Of a stretch of DNA of 64,000 nt, positions 24,623-34,063 are shown piece after piece. The translations under genes were made by a program, and so were the position numbers. This DNA is from an uncultured Duodenibacillus sp. (lineage in GTDB: Bacteria; Pseudomonadota; Gammaproteobacteria; Burkholderiales; Burkholderiaceae_F): positions 343 to 64,342 of the forward strand of contig CALXQK010000012.1 in NCBI GenBank assembly GCA_944390745.1, given 5' to 3'. Below the pieces are notes generated by a model. The model worked only from the letters and a program-made list of their open reading frames with translations, ran no database searches and had not been told where the DNA came from. How positions within the stretch are numbered: the stretch's first letter is position 1; the number at the start of each line of letters is the position of its first letter.

Positions 24623-27304
24623 ATGGAAATGTCCGCGATCAATCGCCGCAGCTTTCTGAAGGCGACGGCCGTGACCGGCGTCGCGGCGGCTCTGAGCGAG
24701 TCGCTGCCGGGCGGCCTCGTTGAGGATGCCCGCGCCGCTGCGGAAAAGCCTGCGGCCAAGGACGAGACCAAGATCGTCAAGACCTGCTGCCGCGCCTGCA
24801 TTCACAACTGCGGCGTGCTCGCGCACGTCAGAAACGGCCGCGTCGTCAAGCTCGAGGGCGACCCCGACTACCCGATGAGCAAGGGCGCCATGTGCGCCAA
24901 GGGCCTGGCCGGCATCTCGGCACTCTATCACCCCAACCGCAACAAGTACCCGCTCATCCGCGCCGGAAAGCGCGGCGAGAACAAGTGGAAGCGCATCACT
25001 TGGAAGGAAGCCATCGACATCATCGCCAAGAAGCTCATGGACACCCGCGCCAAGTACGGCGCCGAGGCCGTCATGGTGTCGACGGGCGGCGGCGGCAACC
25101 CGGCCTTCCGCGGCGTCTCGCGCTTCTGCAACGCCTTCGGCACGCCGAACTTCTACGAACCGGGCTGCGCGCAGTGCTGGCTGCCCCGCACGCTCACGTA
25201 CGACCTGATGTACGGCGGCCCGGGCCCGAGCATCGCCGACGAGCAGTGCCGCGAGATCTACAACCCCGACACCAAGATCAAGACCATCGTGCTCTGGGGC
25301 ACGGACGCAAGCTACAGCAACCCCGCCGGCGGCGGACGCGCGCTCGTTGAGCTGCGCGCCAAGGGCGTCAAGACCGTCTCGATCGACCCGCGCTTTGTGC
25401 CCGACGCCGCGCGCGCCGACGTGTGGCTGCCGATCCGCCCGGGCACCGACGTGGCGCTGATGCTCACCTGGATTCGCTACATCATCGACCGCAAGATCTA
25501 CGACCGCGACTTTGTGCTGCGCTGGACGAACCTGCCCTTCCTCGTCAACACCAAGACGAAGATGATCTACATGGCCAGCGAGGTCGATCCCAAGGCCGAT
25601 CCCAAGACCCCGATGGTCTGGGACGCCAAGACGAAGTCGGCCAAGCCCCTGCCCTATCCCTGGGACGACAATCTCGATCCGGCTCTCGAGGGCGCCTTCA
25701 CGATCAACGGCGTCGAGTACAAGACGGGCTTTACGCTTCTGAAGGAGCGCGCCGAGCCCTGGACGCTTGAAAAGGGCGCCGAGGTCTGCTGGCTTGACGC
25801 CAAGAAAATTGAGGAGGCCATCAAGCTCTACGCCGACGGTCCCTCGGGCATCTCCCTGGGCGTCGCCACCGACCAGAGCCCCAACTCCGTGCAGGCCGCC
25901 ATGGGCGTGTGCCTCATCGAGTCGCTGATGGGCAATGTCGAGAAGCCCGGCAACTTCATGCAGCGCAACCCGACGAGCAACGTCGTGCCCTCGGGCAGTC
26001 TTGCCACCCGCTGCTCCTACCTGCTGCCCAAGGGCCAGCTCAAGAAGCGCATCGGCTCCAACGAGCACAAGGGCCTCATGCAGTGGGACGCCGCGCAGCC
26101 CTCGGCGCTTCTCAACGCCATCCTCACCGGCAAGCCCTACCCGATCAAGGTCTGGCTGGAGCGCTCGGGCAACAAGTTCGTCGTCAACGCCAACGCCGGC
26201 TCCTGGGTGGCGGCCTTCGACAAGCTCGACTTCGTGATGCACATGTACATGTACCCGACCTCGTTCTCGGCCTACGCGGACATGCTGCTGCCCGCCACCG
26301 AGTGGCTTGAGACGAACATGCTCGTCGAGTGCATGAACACCGTCTTCGCCCGCCAGGCGGTCACCCACCTGTGGGAGACCGAGGACGAGACGCTCATGTG
26401 GTCGAAGGTGATCAAGAAGTGCGCCGAGCTCGGCAACGAGAACTGCAAGCGCGCCTGCGATCCGAAGTTCATGAAGGACGACCTCGCCTACTGGGATTCG
26501 ATGGAGGAGCTGCTCGACCAGCGTCTGGCCCGCATCGGCCTCACCTGGAAGGAGCTGCTTGCCAAGAACGGCCCCGTGGAGTACATGCCCTACGAGAAGT
26601 GGAACCAGTACTACGTCTACAAGAAGGTCGATCCGAAGACGGGGCTGCCTCAGGGCTTCCGCACGCCCTCAAGAAAGCTCGAGCTCTACGGCGAGCGCTT
26701 CATCAAGCTCGGCCGCACGGGCGAGCCCTATGCGCTCGACGAGGTTCCGCCCGTTGAGAAGGACTACGATCCGCTGCCCTACTACCTCGAGCCCAGCGAG
26801 AGTCCCAACGATCCGAAGGTCGCCGGAGAATATCCGCTCACCATGACCAACGGTCGTCTGCCCATTTACCACCACGGCACGCTGCGCAACGTTCCGTACC
26901 TGCGCGAGATCATGCCCACGGCCGAAATCTGGATCAACCCCGAAACGGCCGCCAAGAACGGCATCGCCCAGAACGACTGGGTCTGGGTTGAGTCTCCGCG
27001 CGGCAAGATCCGCGCACGCGCGCGCCTTACCGAGAGCATGAACCCGCGCGTGGTCTACATGGAGCGCTTCTGGAACCCCGAGACGCTCAACACGAAGACC
27101 CACGGCTGGCAGGAGGAGAACGTCAACGTTCTCTCCAAGAACACGCCGCCCTTCAACGACGTTGTGGGCACCTACACGCTGCGCGGCTACCAGGTGAAGA
27201 TCTACAAGGCCGACGGCGCCCCCGAGGGCGTCTGGACCAAGCCCGAGGATTTCAAGCCGTGGATGCCTCAGCCCTCGGATCCGACCAAGAATGTGGAGTT
27301 CTAA
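24623..27304 (+). CDS. Periplasmic molybdopterin (bis-MGD, DMSO-reductase superfamily) oxidoreductase, catalytic subunit; substrate unknown
   Basis: Tat signal 'MEMSAINRRSFLKATAVTGVAAA'. N-terminal FS0 motif C-X2-C-X3-C-X27-C ('CCRACIHNCG...GAMCAKG'). 893 aa. SD AGGAGA lies 8 nt upstream of the ATG. Confidence 0.85.
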   Translation: MEMSAINRRSFLKATAVTGVAAALSESLPGGLVEDARAAAEKPAAKDETKIVKTCCRACIHNCGVLAHVRNGRVVKLEGDPDYPMSKGAMCAKGLAGISALYHPNRNKYPLIRAGKRGENKWKRITWKEAIDIIAKKLMDTRAKYGAEAVMVSTGGGGNPAFRGVSRFCNAFGTPNFYEPGCAQCWLPRTLTYDLMYGGPGPSIADEQCREIYNPDTKIKTIVLWGTDASYSNPAGGGRALVELRAKGVKTVSIDPRFVPDAARADVWLPIRPGTDVALMLTWIRYIIDRKIYDRDFVLRWTNLPFLVNTKTKMIYMASEVDPKADPKTPMVWDAKTKSAKPLPYPWDDNLDPALEGAFTINGVEYKTGFTLLKERAEPWTLEKGAEVCWLDAKKIEEAIKLYADGPSGISLGVATDQSPNSVQAAMGVCLIESLMGNVEKPGNFMQRNPTSNVVPSGSLATRCSYLLPKGQLKKRIGSNEHKGLMQWDAAQPSALLNAILTGKPYPIKVWLERSGNKFVVNANAGSWVAAFDKLDFVMHMYMYPTSFSAYADMLLPATEWLETNMLVECMNTVFARQAVTHLWETEDETLMWSKVIKKCAELGNENCKRACDPKFMKDDLAYWDSMEELLDQRLARIGLTWKELLAKNGPVEYMPYEKWNQYYVYKKVDPKTGLPQGFRTPSRKLELYGERFIKLGRTGEPYALDEVPPVEKDYDPLPYYLEPSESPNDPKVAGEYPLTMTNGRLPIYHHGTLRNVPYLREIMPTAEIWINPETAAKNGIAQNDWVWVESPRGKIRARARLTESMNPRVVYMERFWNPETLNTKTHGWQEENVNVLSKNTPPFNDVVGTYTLRGYQVKIYKADGAPEGVWTKPEDFKPWMPQPSDPTKNVEF

Positions 27305-27307
27305 AAA

Positions 27308-27901
27308 ATGGCACAGAAAACTCTCGTCATCGACCTCGACCGCTGCATCGGCTGCCACGCCTGCGAGGTCGCCTGCAAGCAGGAAAACAACGTGCCGCTC
27401 GGCGTGTACTACAACAAGGTGCTCTCGATCGGCCCGCTCGGCAAATTCCCCGACATCAAGCAGTACTTTCTGCCCTCGGTCTGCCAGGTCTGCAAGGATG
27501 CTCCCTGTCTGAAGGTCTGCCCGACGGGCGCGACCTACAAGACTGAGGACGGCCAGATTCTGGTGAACAAGGAAAAGTGCATCGGCTGCAAGATGTGCAT
27601 GGCCGCGTGCCCCTACGGCGCCCGCTCCTACAACCCGGAGGAGAACGTGGTCGAGAAGTGCACGCTGTGCCATCACCTGCAGGAGGTCGGCGACCTTCCG
27701 GCCTGCGTGAAGGCCTGCTGCGCCAAGGCCCGCTTCTTCGGCGACATCGACGATCCTGAAAGCGACGTCTCCAAGGCCGTCAAGGCCGCCGGTCCGGAAA
27801 ACGTGCACAGCATGCCCGACTCGGGCAATCATCCGACCGTGCGCTACATTCTTCACAAGAAGAATGCTCCGTGGCAGGCCAATCCTCCGAAGATGCTCTA
27901 A
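27308..27901 (+). CDS. Four-cluster 4Fe-4S electron-transfer subunit (DmsB/PsrB type)
   Basis: 'CIGCHACEVACK', 'CQVCKDAPCLKVCPTGA', 'CIGCKMCMAACPYGA', 'CTLCHH...PACVKACCAKA'. It starts 4 nt after the catalytic subunit stop. Confidence 0.85.
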   Translation: MAQKTLVIDLDRCIGCHACEVACKQENNVPLGVYYNKVLSIGPLGKFPDIKQYFLPSVCQVCKDAPCLKVCPTGATYKTEDGQILVNKEKCIGCKMCMAACPYGARSYNPEENVVEKCTLCHHLQEVGDLPACVKACCAKARFFGDIDDPESDVSKAVKAAGPENVHSMPDSGNHPTVRYILHKKNAPWQANPPKML

Positions 27902-27919
27902 CCGTCGGGAGAGCTCGAG

Positions 27920-28741
27920 ATGGGCGAAGGATCGATCACTCTGACGCTGTTCAACGTACTGCTCACCTGCTCGGCGGGCCTCATGGCCGCCGCAGCCCTC
28001 GCCGAGCGCGCCAACCTTCCGGTGCGCGTGCTCGCGGCAGCGGCCGCGGCCGCCCTCGTCTGCCTTGCGGCGGGCGGTGCGGCGGCCCTGGCCAACCTCG
28101 GCCGGCCGGCCCTGATCTTCGGCGTGCTCTCCAACCCGGGGACGCCGATCTTCGAGCAGTTCGTCGCGCTGATGGCGTTTGCAGCGGCCATCCTCGTCTA
28201 TCTCGTGCTGCTTTACCGCGGCGCCGAGAACGCCGTCACCTTCCGGACGGCCTGCGTCGCCTCGCTGCTCGGGCTGGTGCTCGTGGTGATTCTCGGCAAA
28301 AGCCTCGTCATGCCCTGGCGCGCCGCCTGGAACACCTACACGATCATCCTCGGCCCCGCGGCCTGGATGGCGCTCATGGCAGCCTCGTGCTACGCCCTCA
28401 TGGCCTGGCGCTCTGAGGACGATCCGCACCCCGTGCGCATTGCCGTGTGCGCCGTCGCGGCGCTTGCCGCCGCGGCGGTCTACCTCGCCGCCCTGGCTGT
28501 GTCGGGCAGCCCCGAGGCGCTCGGCGCGGTCAACCGCGCGCTGAGCGGCGACGCGGCCGGGCTTCTGTGGCTGGGCATCGTCGTCTGCGGAGCGCTCGTT
28601 CCCCTGGCGGCGGCATTTTTTGCGCACCGCGCTCCGGCCGCCGGCGGGATCATCGCCCTGGCGGGCGCGCTCGTCGGCTGCGGGGCGGGCCACCTTCTGG
28701 TGACGGCCCTGGGCTCGCGCACCTGGGAGTTCTTCGGCTAG
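27920..28741 (+). CDS. DmsC-type membrane anchor subunit
   Basis: 273-aa ORF with about 8 hydrophobic helices and no cofactor motifs. It is in third position of an A-B-C arrangement. Confidence 0.7.
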   Translation: MGEGSITLTLFNVLLTCSAGLMAAAALAERANLPVRVLAAAAAAALVCLAAGGAAALANLGRPALIFGVLSNPGTPIFEQFVALMAFAAAILVYLVLLYRGAENAVTFRTACVASLLGLVLVVILGKSLVMPWRAAWNTYTIILGPAAWMALMAASCYALMAWRSEDDPHPVRIAVCAVAALAAAAVYLAALAVSGSPEALGAVNRALSGDAAGLLWLGIVVCGALVPLAAAFFAHRAPAAGGIIALAGALVGCGAGHLLVTALGSRTWEFFG

Positions 28742-28863
28742 AAAAGCCCTCCCCGGCCTGCGGCCCCGCTCTTTTTTGCTCTTTTTTGAAGTTTTGTGCG
28801 GCGCCGCCTCGGCAGGCGCCGCCCCCGGCAATCGGTTCAAGCAACAAGAAGGAATCAATTCCC

Positions 28864-29601
28864 ATGAATCAGCAGGACGCTCTCGCACTGCAGCAGCGCG
28901 GCGAAATGTACCGGCTCCTGAGCCGGTTCTTTCGCACGGAAATCACCGCGCAATGCCTCGACGGCCTCAAGCAGATGCAGTTTCCCGGCGGAAGCGCCGA
29001 TGAAAACCCTCTGGCCGAGGGCTTTGCGCGCATCCGCGCCTATCTCGATGCGCCGCACGAGGATGCGCTCACGGAGCTCGCCGTCGACTACGCCTCGGCC
29101 TTTCTGGGCGCGGGAAAAATGCGCGCCGCCTATCCCTATGAGTCGGTCTATACGAGCCCCGAGCGGCTCGTGATGCAAAACGCCTGGGAGGAGGTGTGCG
29201 CGATCTACCGCACCCATGGCCTGGCCTGCAGCGATCACCGCGACGTCCTTGAAGACCACCTCGCGCTTGAGCTTGAATTCATGGCGCGGCTCACCGACAA
29301 CGCGCTTGCCGCGCTCAAGGCCGGCGACCGCCAGGCGCTCGCGGCGGCCCTCGAGGAGCAGCAGTCGTTTCTGAAGGCGCACCTGCTCAACTGGATCAGC
29401 TCCTTTGCCCACGAGGCGCGCGAATACATCGAGACCGACTTCTACCGCGGCGCGGTGGACGTGACTGAAAAATTCCTCTCGATGGACGCGGCAATCTTGG
29501 ACGACCTTCTTGCGGAGGTCCGCGCCGAGCCGGCCGCCGGCGGCGCGGCGCAGGACAAGTCCTCGCCCGCGGTCCCGGAGACCGCGCAGCAGAAGGCCTG
29601 A
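28864..29601 (+). CDS. TorD/DmsD-family redox enzyme maturation chaperone
   Basis: I prefer the ATG at 28864 ('MNQQDALALQQRGEMYRLLSRFF'). Family motif 'LEDHLALELEFMARL'. The track ORF start at 28447 overlaps dmsC and is rejected. Confidence 0.7.
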   Translation: MNQQDALALQQRGEMYRLLSRFFRTEITAQCLDGLKQMQFPGGSADENPLAEGFARIRAYLDAPHEDALTELAVDYASAFLGAGKMRAAYPYESVYTSPERLVMQNAWEEVCAIYRTHGLACSDHRDVLEDHLALELEFMARLTDNALAALKAGDRQALAAALEEQQSFLKAHLLNWISSFAHEAREYIETDFYRGAVDVTEKFLSMDAAILDDLLAEVRAEPAAGGAAQDKSSPAVPETAQQKA

Positions 29602-29649
29602 GGACGGCCGGAGAAGTCCCCCGGCCGGTTTTCCACAACACACGACAAG

Positions 29650-30423
29650 GTGCATGGGATGCGTGAAGACAGCAGACGCACGGACGCAAAGAACCCGGAC
29701 GAGGCCCGAGACCGCCTCCCGGGGGCGTCGACAGCGAATCGCCGCGCACCCCTGGGCATGCAGCGCCGCGACCTGTGCGCGGCCGCCGCGGGCACGGCTG
29801 CGCTTTTTCTTCTCGGCGCCGCAGGGCGCGCCTCGTCTGCGCAGCGTCCCGTGCGGCCTCCGGGAGGACAGAATGAGGCCGAGTTTCTGGCGCGCTGCAT
29901 TCGCTGCGACCGGTGCCGGAGCATCTGCCCCACCTCGGCCATCGGCGTGGGCACGATCGCTGGCGGCCTTGTGCAGATGCGCACCCCGGTGATGGTCTTT
30001 CTTTCGGGCGACTGCGACTTCTGCCGCAAGTGCGTCGAGGTCTGTCCCACCGGGGCGCTGCAGGACTTTGATCCCGACACGGCCAAGATCGGCACGGCCG
30101 AACTGACCGACAGCTGCATTGCGCTGCGCACCGGGGGCTGCACGAAGTGCTACGAGATGTGCCCCTACGACGCCATCTCCCTTAGCGACACCATGGCGCC
30201 CGTCATCGACGCCGGGCGCTGCAACGGCTGCGGCACGTGCGTGAAGGTTTGCCCGGCCAACGTCTTTCAGGCCTTCAGGGGAGAGGCGGTGCGCGGCGTT
30301 CGCATCGCCGCCTCCGAAAAGACCCTGCGCACGGACGCCACGGCGCGCGACGAGACGCCCAACGCGCTTCCCGGCCGCTCCCCGGCGCAGCCCCCAGAGT
30401 CCGGCGGGAGGGCGAATTCATGA
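29650..30423 (+). CDS. NapG/MauM-like periplasmic four-cluster ferredoxin (Tat-exported)
   Basis: Twin-arginine region 'MQRRDLCAAAAGTAALFLLGAAG'. Clusters 'CIRCDRCRSICP', 'CDFCRKCVEVCP', 'CTKCYEMCP', 'CNGCGTCVKVCP'. The true start may be 29659 or 29758. Confidence 0.7.
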   Translation: MHGMREDSRRTDAKNPDEARDRLPGASTANRRAPLGMQRRDLCAAAAGTAALFLLGAAGRASSAQRPVRPPGGQNEAEFLARCIRCDRCRSICPTSAIGVGTIAGGLVQMRTPVMVFLSGDCDFCRKCVEVCPTGALQDFDPDTAKIGTAELTDSCIALRTGGCTKCYEMCPYDAISLSDTMAPVIDAGRCNGCGTCVKVCPANVFQAFRGEAVRGVRIAASEKTLRTDATARDETPNALPGRSPAQPPESGGRANS

Positions 30424-32780
30424 AGCTCAAGCCATCCGCGCTGCGCACCGCCACGGCGCTTTTCTTCATTCTGGCGGTCATCGTCGGGCTTATTTTCCAC
30501 ACGGGCTGGGGGACGCTCTCCTCGTTCGGCATCGGCGCCATCGCCGCCATCTGCCCACTGGGCGCGCTGGAGATGAGTCTTGCCGACGGCGCGCTGCTGC
30601 CGCGCGTTCTCATCGGCTTTGTCGTCTTTCTGGCCGTAACGGCCCTTTTCGGGCGCATCTTCTGCGGCTGGGCCTGCCCGGTGCCGCTCATTGAGCGCGC
30701 CGCAGGCAAGAAACGCACGATCGCCATCCATGCGCAGTCCTGCACCCGCAACAAGGAGCAGAGCCCGGGCGACTGCACGCACAACTGCAGCGCCTGCAGC
30801 GCGTCCGCGGGCGACTCCGGCGCGGCCGGCAAAAAGCCCGCCCGCGCCCCGTACTTCATTCTGGGCGGCGCGCTTGTCTCAAGCGCCGTCTTCGGCTTTC
30901 CGGTCTTTTGCCTCATCTGCCCGGTGGGCCTGACGTTTGCGCTCATCATCGGCCTGTGGCAGCTCTTTGCCTTCAACGCCGGCTCCTGGTCGCTTGCCTT
31001 CTTCGCGGGCTTTCTCGTGCTCGAGATCTTCGTGTTGCGGCGCTGGTGCGGCAGCTTCTGCCCGCTCGGGGCGCTCATTTCCATCATGGCGCGCTTGAAC
31101 CGCTTCTGGCGTCCGAAGATTCATCCGCAGGCCTGCCTTGCGTCCTCGCGCGGACTCGACTGCCGCGTCTGCCGCTCGGTCTGCCCGGAGGGGATTGATC
31201 TCACGGCGCCCTGCGTTTCAGACGAGCTGATGGCGCGCTGCACGAAGTGCCGCGCCTGCGCCGAGGCCTGCCCGGCGGGCGCCATTTCCTTCCCCTTCCA
31301 GAAAATCACCCGGCCCAGGACGGCTCCGGCCATGGCCGCGCGCCGCGATCCTGCAGAGCTGCCCGTTGAGGTGCGCCGCAGCACCTTTGCCGAGGTCTGC
31401 GGCGGGCTGACCGCAGCCGAGGCGCAGGAGCAAAGCGCCCGCTGCATCGGATGCGGGGCGTGCGAAAAGGCCTGCCCGCAAGGCAATCCGATTGTCTCGG
31501 TGCTCTCGCTCGTGTCGCAGGCGCGCACGCGCGAGGCCGCCGCCGCGCTGCTTGTTCCCGGCGCCATGCCCGAAATCTGCGGCCGCGTCTGCCCCCAGGA
31601 GCGGCTCTGCGAGAGCGCCTGCCCCCTCGGGCAGGATCCGGCGCTCGGCGGCCCGCTTCCGATCGGCGCCCTGACGCGGTTTGCCGCCGACACGGTGCTT
31701 GCGCGCGGATGGCGCCCCGCAAGGGCCCGCCGCAAGTCCGGCCGCAGGGCGGCCGTGATCGGCTCGGGTCCCGCGGGCCTCGCGGCGGCCGACGTGCTCG
31801 CGCAGGCCGGGCATGAGGTCACGATCCTTGAGGCGCTGCCGCACGCCGGGGGCCTTCTTTCCTGGGGCATTCCGGCCTTCAAGCTCGACCCCCTCGTCGT
31901 TGAGCGGCGCATCGGCTTTCTGAAGCATCTCGGCGTGACGCTGCGCACCGGCGTCAGCGCGGGCGCTGCCGAGGGCGCGGATCCTGAGACAATCCTCAGG
32001 GACTTTGATGCGGTTTTTGTCGCCTGCGGCGCGCAGTCGCCCTCCGGACTCTTTCTCGAGCCCGGAAAAGATGCCGTCAACGGCACGGACGTCGTGCAGG
32101 CGCTTGACTACCTGCGCGAGGCCGCGCAGCTCGTTCGCGACGCCCGCAGCCGCACCGCGCCCGGCCGACGGCGCCGGCGCGCCGCAGCAGCCTCGCCCGA
32201 ACCCGAGGTCATTGACACGCGCCTGAACGTGCGCGGCCGCCGCGTGGCGGTGCTCGGAGGCGGCGATACGGCGATGGACTGCCTGCGCACCGCCATCCGC
32301 GAGGGCGCCCGCAGCGCCGCGTGCATCTATCACCATGACCGCGCGGCCATGCACGCCGCCGGCGCCGAGGTGCGCCGAGCCCGCGAGGAGGGCGCCGAGT
32401 TTTTCTTCAACGCCGAGGTTGCCGGGCTTGCCCGCGCAGCCGACGGCATGCTCACGGGCGTCATCGTCCGGCAGGGCGGGGCCGCCCCCCGGACGATTGA
32501 GGCCGACCTGGTGATCGTCGCCTACGGCTTTCACTGCGCTGCGGCGCCGTGGCTTGAAAAGGCGGGCGTTGCCCTCGATGCGCAGGGCCGCATCATCACC
32601 GGCGACGGGGGCGTCGACGGGCGCACCACGAACCCGAGGATCTTTGCCGCGGGCGACGCGGTGCACGGCGCCGATCTCGTCGTCACCGCGCTTGCAGACG
32701 CCCGCAGGGCCGCGAAGTCCATGTGCGCCCTGCTCGACGAAGACCGTCCGGGGAAAGCCGCACCGCACGCCCGAGCCTGA
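30420..32780 (+). CDS. Fusion protein: NapH-like membrane Fe-S protein (N-terminal) + GltD/SudA-like NAD(P)H-dependent FAD/Fe-S oxidoreductase (C-terminal)
   Basis: The ATG at 30420 overlaps the napG-like stop (ATGA). Four TM segments with the NapH-type 'CGWACP' and 'CGSFCP', then 'CRVCRSVCP' and 'CTKCRACAEACP'. GltD-type 'RCIGCGACEKACP ... CGRVCPQERLCESACPLG', 'AVIGSGPAGLAAA' and 'VAVLGGGDTAMDC' follow. Confidence 0.75.
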   Translation: MKLKPSALRTATALFFILAVIVGLIFHTGWGTLSSFGIGAIAAICPLGALEMSLADGALLPRVLIGFVVFLAVTALFGRIFCGWACPVPLIERAAGKKRTIAIHAQSCTRNKEQSPGDCTHNCSACSASAGDSGAAGKKPARAPYFILGGALVSSAVFGFPVFCLICPVGLTFALIIGLWQLFAFNAGSWSLAFFAGFLVLEIFVLRRWCGSFCPLGALISIMARLNRFWRPKIHPQACLASSRGLDCRVCRSVCPEGIDLTAPCVSDELMARCTKCRACAEACPAGAISFPFQKITRPRTAPAMAARRDPAELPVEVRRSTFAEVCGGLTAAEAQEQSARCIGCGACEKACPQGNPIVSVLSLVSQARTREAAAALLVPGAMPEICGRVCPQERLCESACPLGQDPALGGPLPIGALTRFAADTVLARGWRPARARRKSGRRAAVIGSGPAGLAAADVLAQAGHEVTILEALPHAGGLLSWGIPAFKLDPLVVERRIGFLKHLGVTLRTGVSAGAAEGADPETILRDFDAVFVACGAQSPSGLFLEPGKDAVNGTDVVQALDYLREAAQLVRDARSRTAPGRRRRRAAAASPEPEVIDTRLNVRGRRVAVLGGGDTAMDCLRTAIREGARSAACIYHHDRAAMHAAGAEVRRAREEGAEFFFNAEVAGLARAADGMLTGVIVRQGGAAPRTIEADLVIVAYGFHCAAAPWLEKAGVALDAQGRIITGDGGVDGRTTNPRIFAAGDAVHGADLVVTALADARRAAKSMCALLDEDRPGKAAPHARA

Positions 32781-32825
32781 CAGTTTTGCGCATCCGCCGA
32801 ATCCTTTTTCCAACGTTTTCGCACC

Positions 32826-33962
32826 ATGCCTGCAACCCGGTCCGGGGGCGCCGCCCAGGGCGCCCCCAAAATCGCTCCCACCGTTCCCATCATCGTGCGC
32901 AAGCGCTGCCTGCATGCGCGCCATGTCGCCTCGCGCTGCACGCGCTGCATTGACGTGTGCGGCGCCGGCGCCCTGCGTCTTGTCGAGCAGCAGCTCATCA
33001 CCGACTCGCGCCGTTGCTCGTCGTGCGGCGCCTGCGTTGCGGCCTGCCCGACCGAGGCGCTTTACGCGGTCGTGCCCGAGACGCATGCCCTCGCGCAGGA
33101 GATTGCCGCACAGGCCCGCAACGGCGCCGTGCGCATCAGCTGCACGATGGCGCAGCTGCCGCCCTCCGAGGCGGGCACCCGGGTGCCGTGTCTGGCACGT
33201 CTGTCGCCCGGCATGCTGATCGATGCCGTGGAGTCCGGCGCGGATTGTCTGCAGCTCACGTGCGGCGTCTGCTCGACCTGCTCCCGGCGCCCGAAGACCG
33301 ATGTTGTTGAGGAGGCGCTGCAGCGCGTGCGCGCCTGGCTTGCCGCCCGCGGCCGCAGGGTCCTCGACGCGCCGCCCCATCCAGGCGGCGGCGATGAGGC
33401 GGCCGGCGCCGTTGTCCTGCACCTCACAAGGCACGCGCACGGCATGAACTCGGCGCGCCGCGCCGCCCTCGGGCGGCTTCTCGGCATCGGCGCCAGCGCC
33501 CTTGACCGCGAGCCCTTCAGGCTGCCGGCTGACTTCAGGGACAAGCTCGAGGCCATTCGCGCCGAACCCCTCGTGCGCATTCCCGAGCCGCAGAAGGCGC
33601 GCCTGCGGCGCTTTCAGAAGGGCACGCCTGAAACGCGCGAGGCCTTTGCGCTTGACGCTCCCGTCATCGACGCCGAGGCCTGCGCCTGCTGCGGGCTGTG
33701 CGCCGACATGTGCCCCTCGGGGGCCCTGAAGATGCTCTCGCAAAATCCCTGCCGCATCATTGCCAGTCCCCTGCTGTGCTGCGGCTGTCGGCTGTGCGCG
33801 GACCTTTGCTTCAAGGACGCGGTCACCCTTGAAAGGGCCTCCACGCCCGAGGAGGCCGCCGCACGCGTCGTGCTCGAGAAGTCCGTCGGGGACGATCCGA
33901 TGGCCGTCTGGGAGGACAAGCTCGGGCGGCTTCTCGGCGACGTGCCGATCTACCGCAGCTAG
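32826..33962 (+). CDS. Cytoplasmic multi-cluster 4Fe-4S (polyferredoxin-like) protein
   Basis: 'RCTRCIDVCGAGAL', 'CSSCGACVAACPTEAL', 'CACCGLCADMCPSGAL', 'CCGCRLCADLCFKDA'. The N- and C-terminal ferredoxin modules are separated by about 200 aa of unrecognised sequence. No signal peptide. Confidence 0.6.
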   Translation: MPATRSGGAAQGAPKIAPTVPIIVRKRCLHARHVASRCTRCIDVCGAGALRLVEQQLITDSRRCSSCGACVAACPTEALYAVVPETHALAQEIAAQARNGAVRISCTMAQLPPSEAGTRVPCLARLSPGMLIDAVESGADCLQLTCGVCSTCSRRPKTDVVEEALQRVRAWLAARGRRVLDAPPHPGGGDEAAGAVVLHLTRHAHGMNSARRAALGRLLGIGASALDREPFRLPADFRDKLEAIRAEPLVRIPEPQKARLRRFQKGTPETREAFALDAPVIDAEACACCGLCADMCPSGALKMLSQNPCRIIASPLLCCGCRLCADLCFKDAVTLERASTPEEAAARVVLEKSVGDDPMAVWEDKLGRLLGDVPIYRS

Positions 33963-34063
33963 CTGGCTGCGCCGCACGCTCGCTCTTCGGTTTTCCAATG
34001 CAAGGACGGCCGGACGCCCGCCACAGGGGTGTCCGGCCGTCTTGTCAAGAGCGCAGCGGCTCG

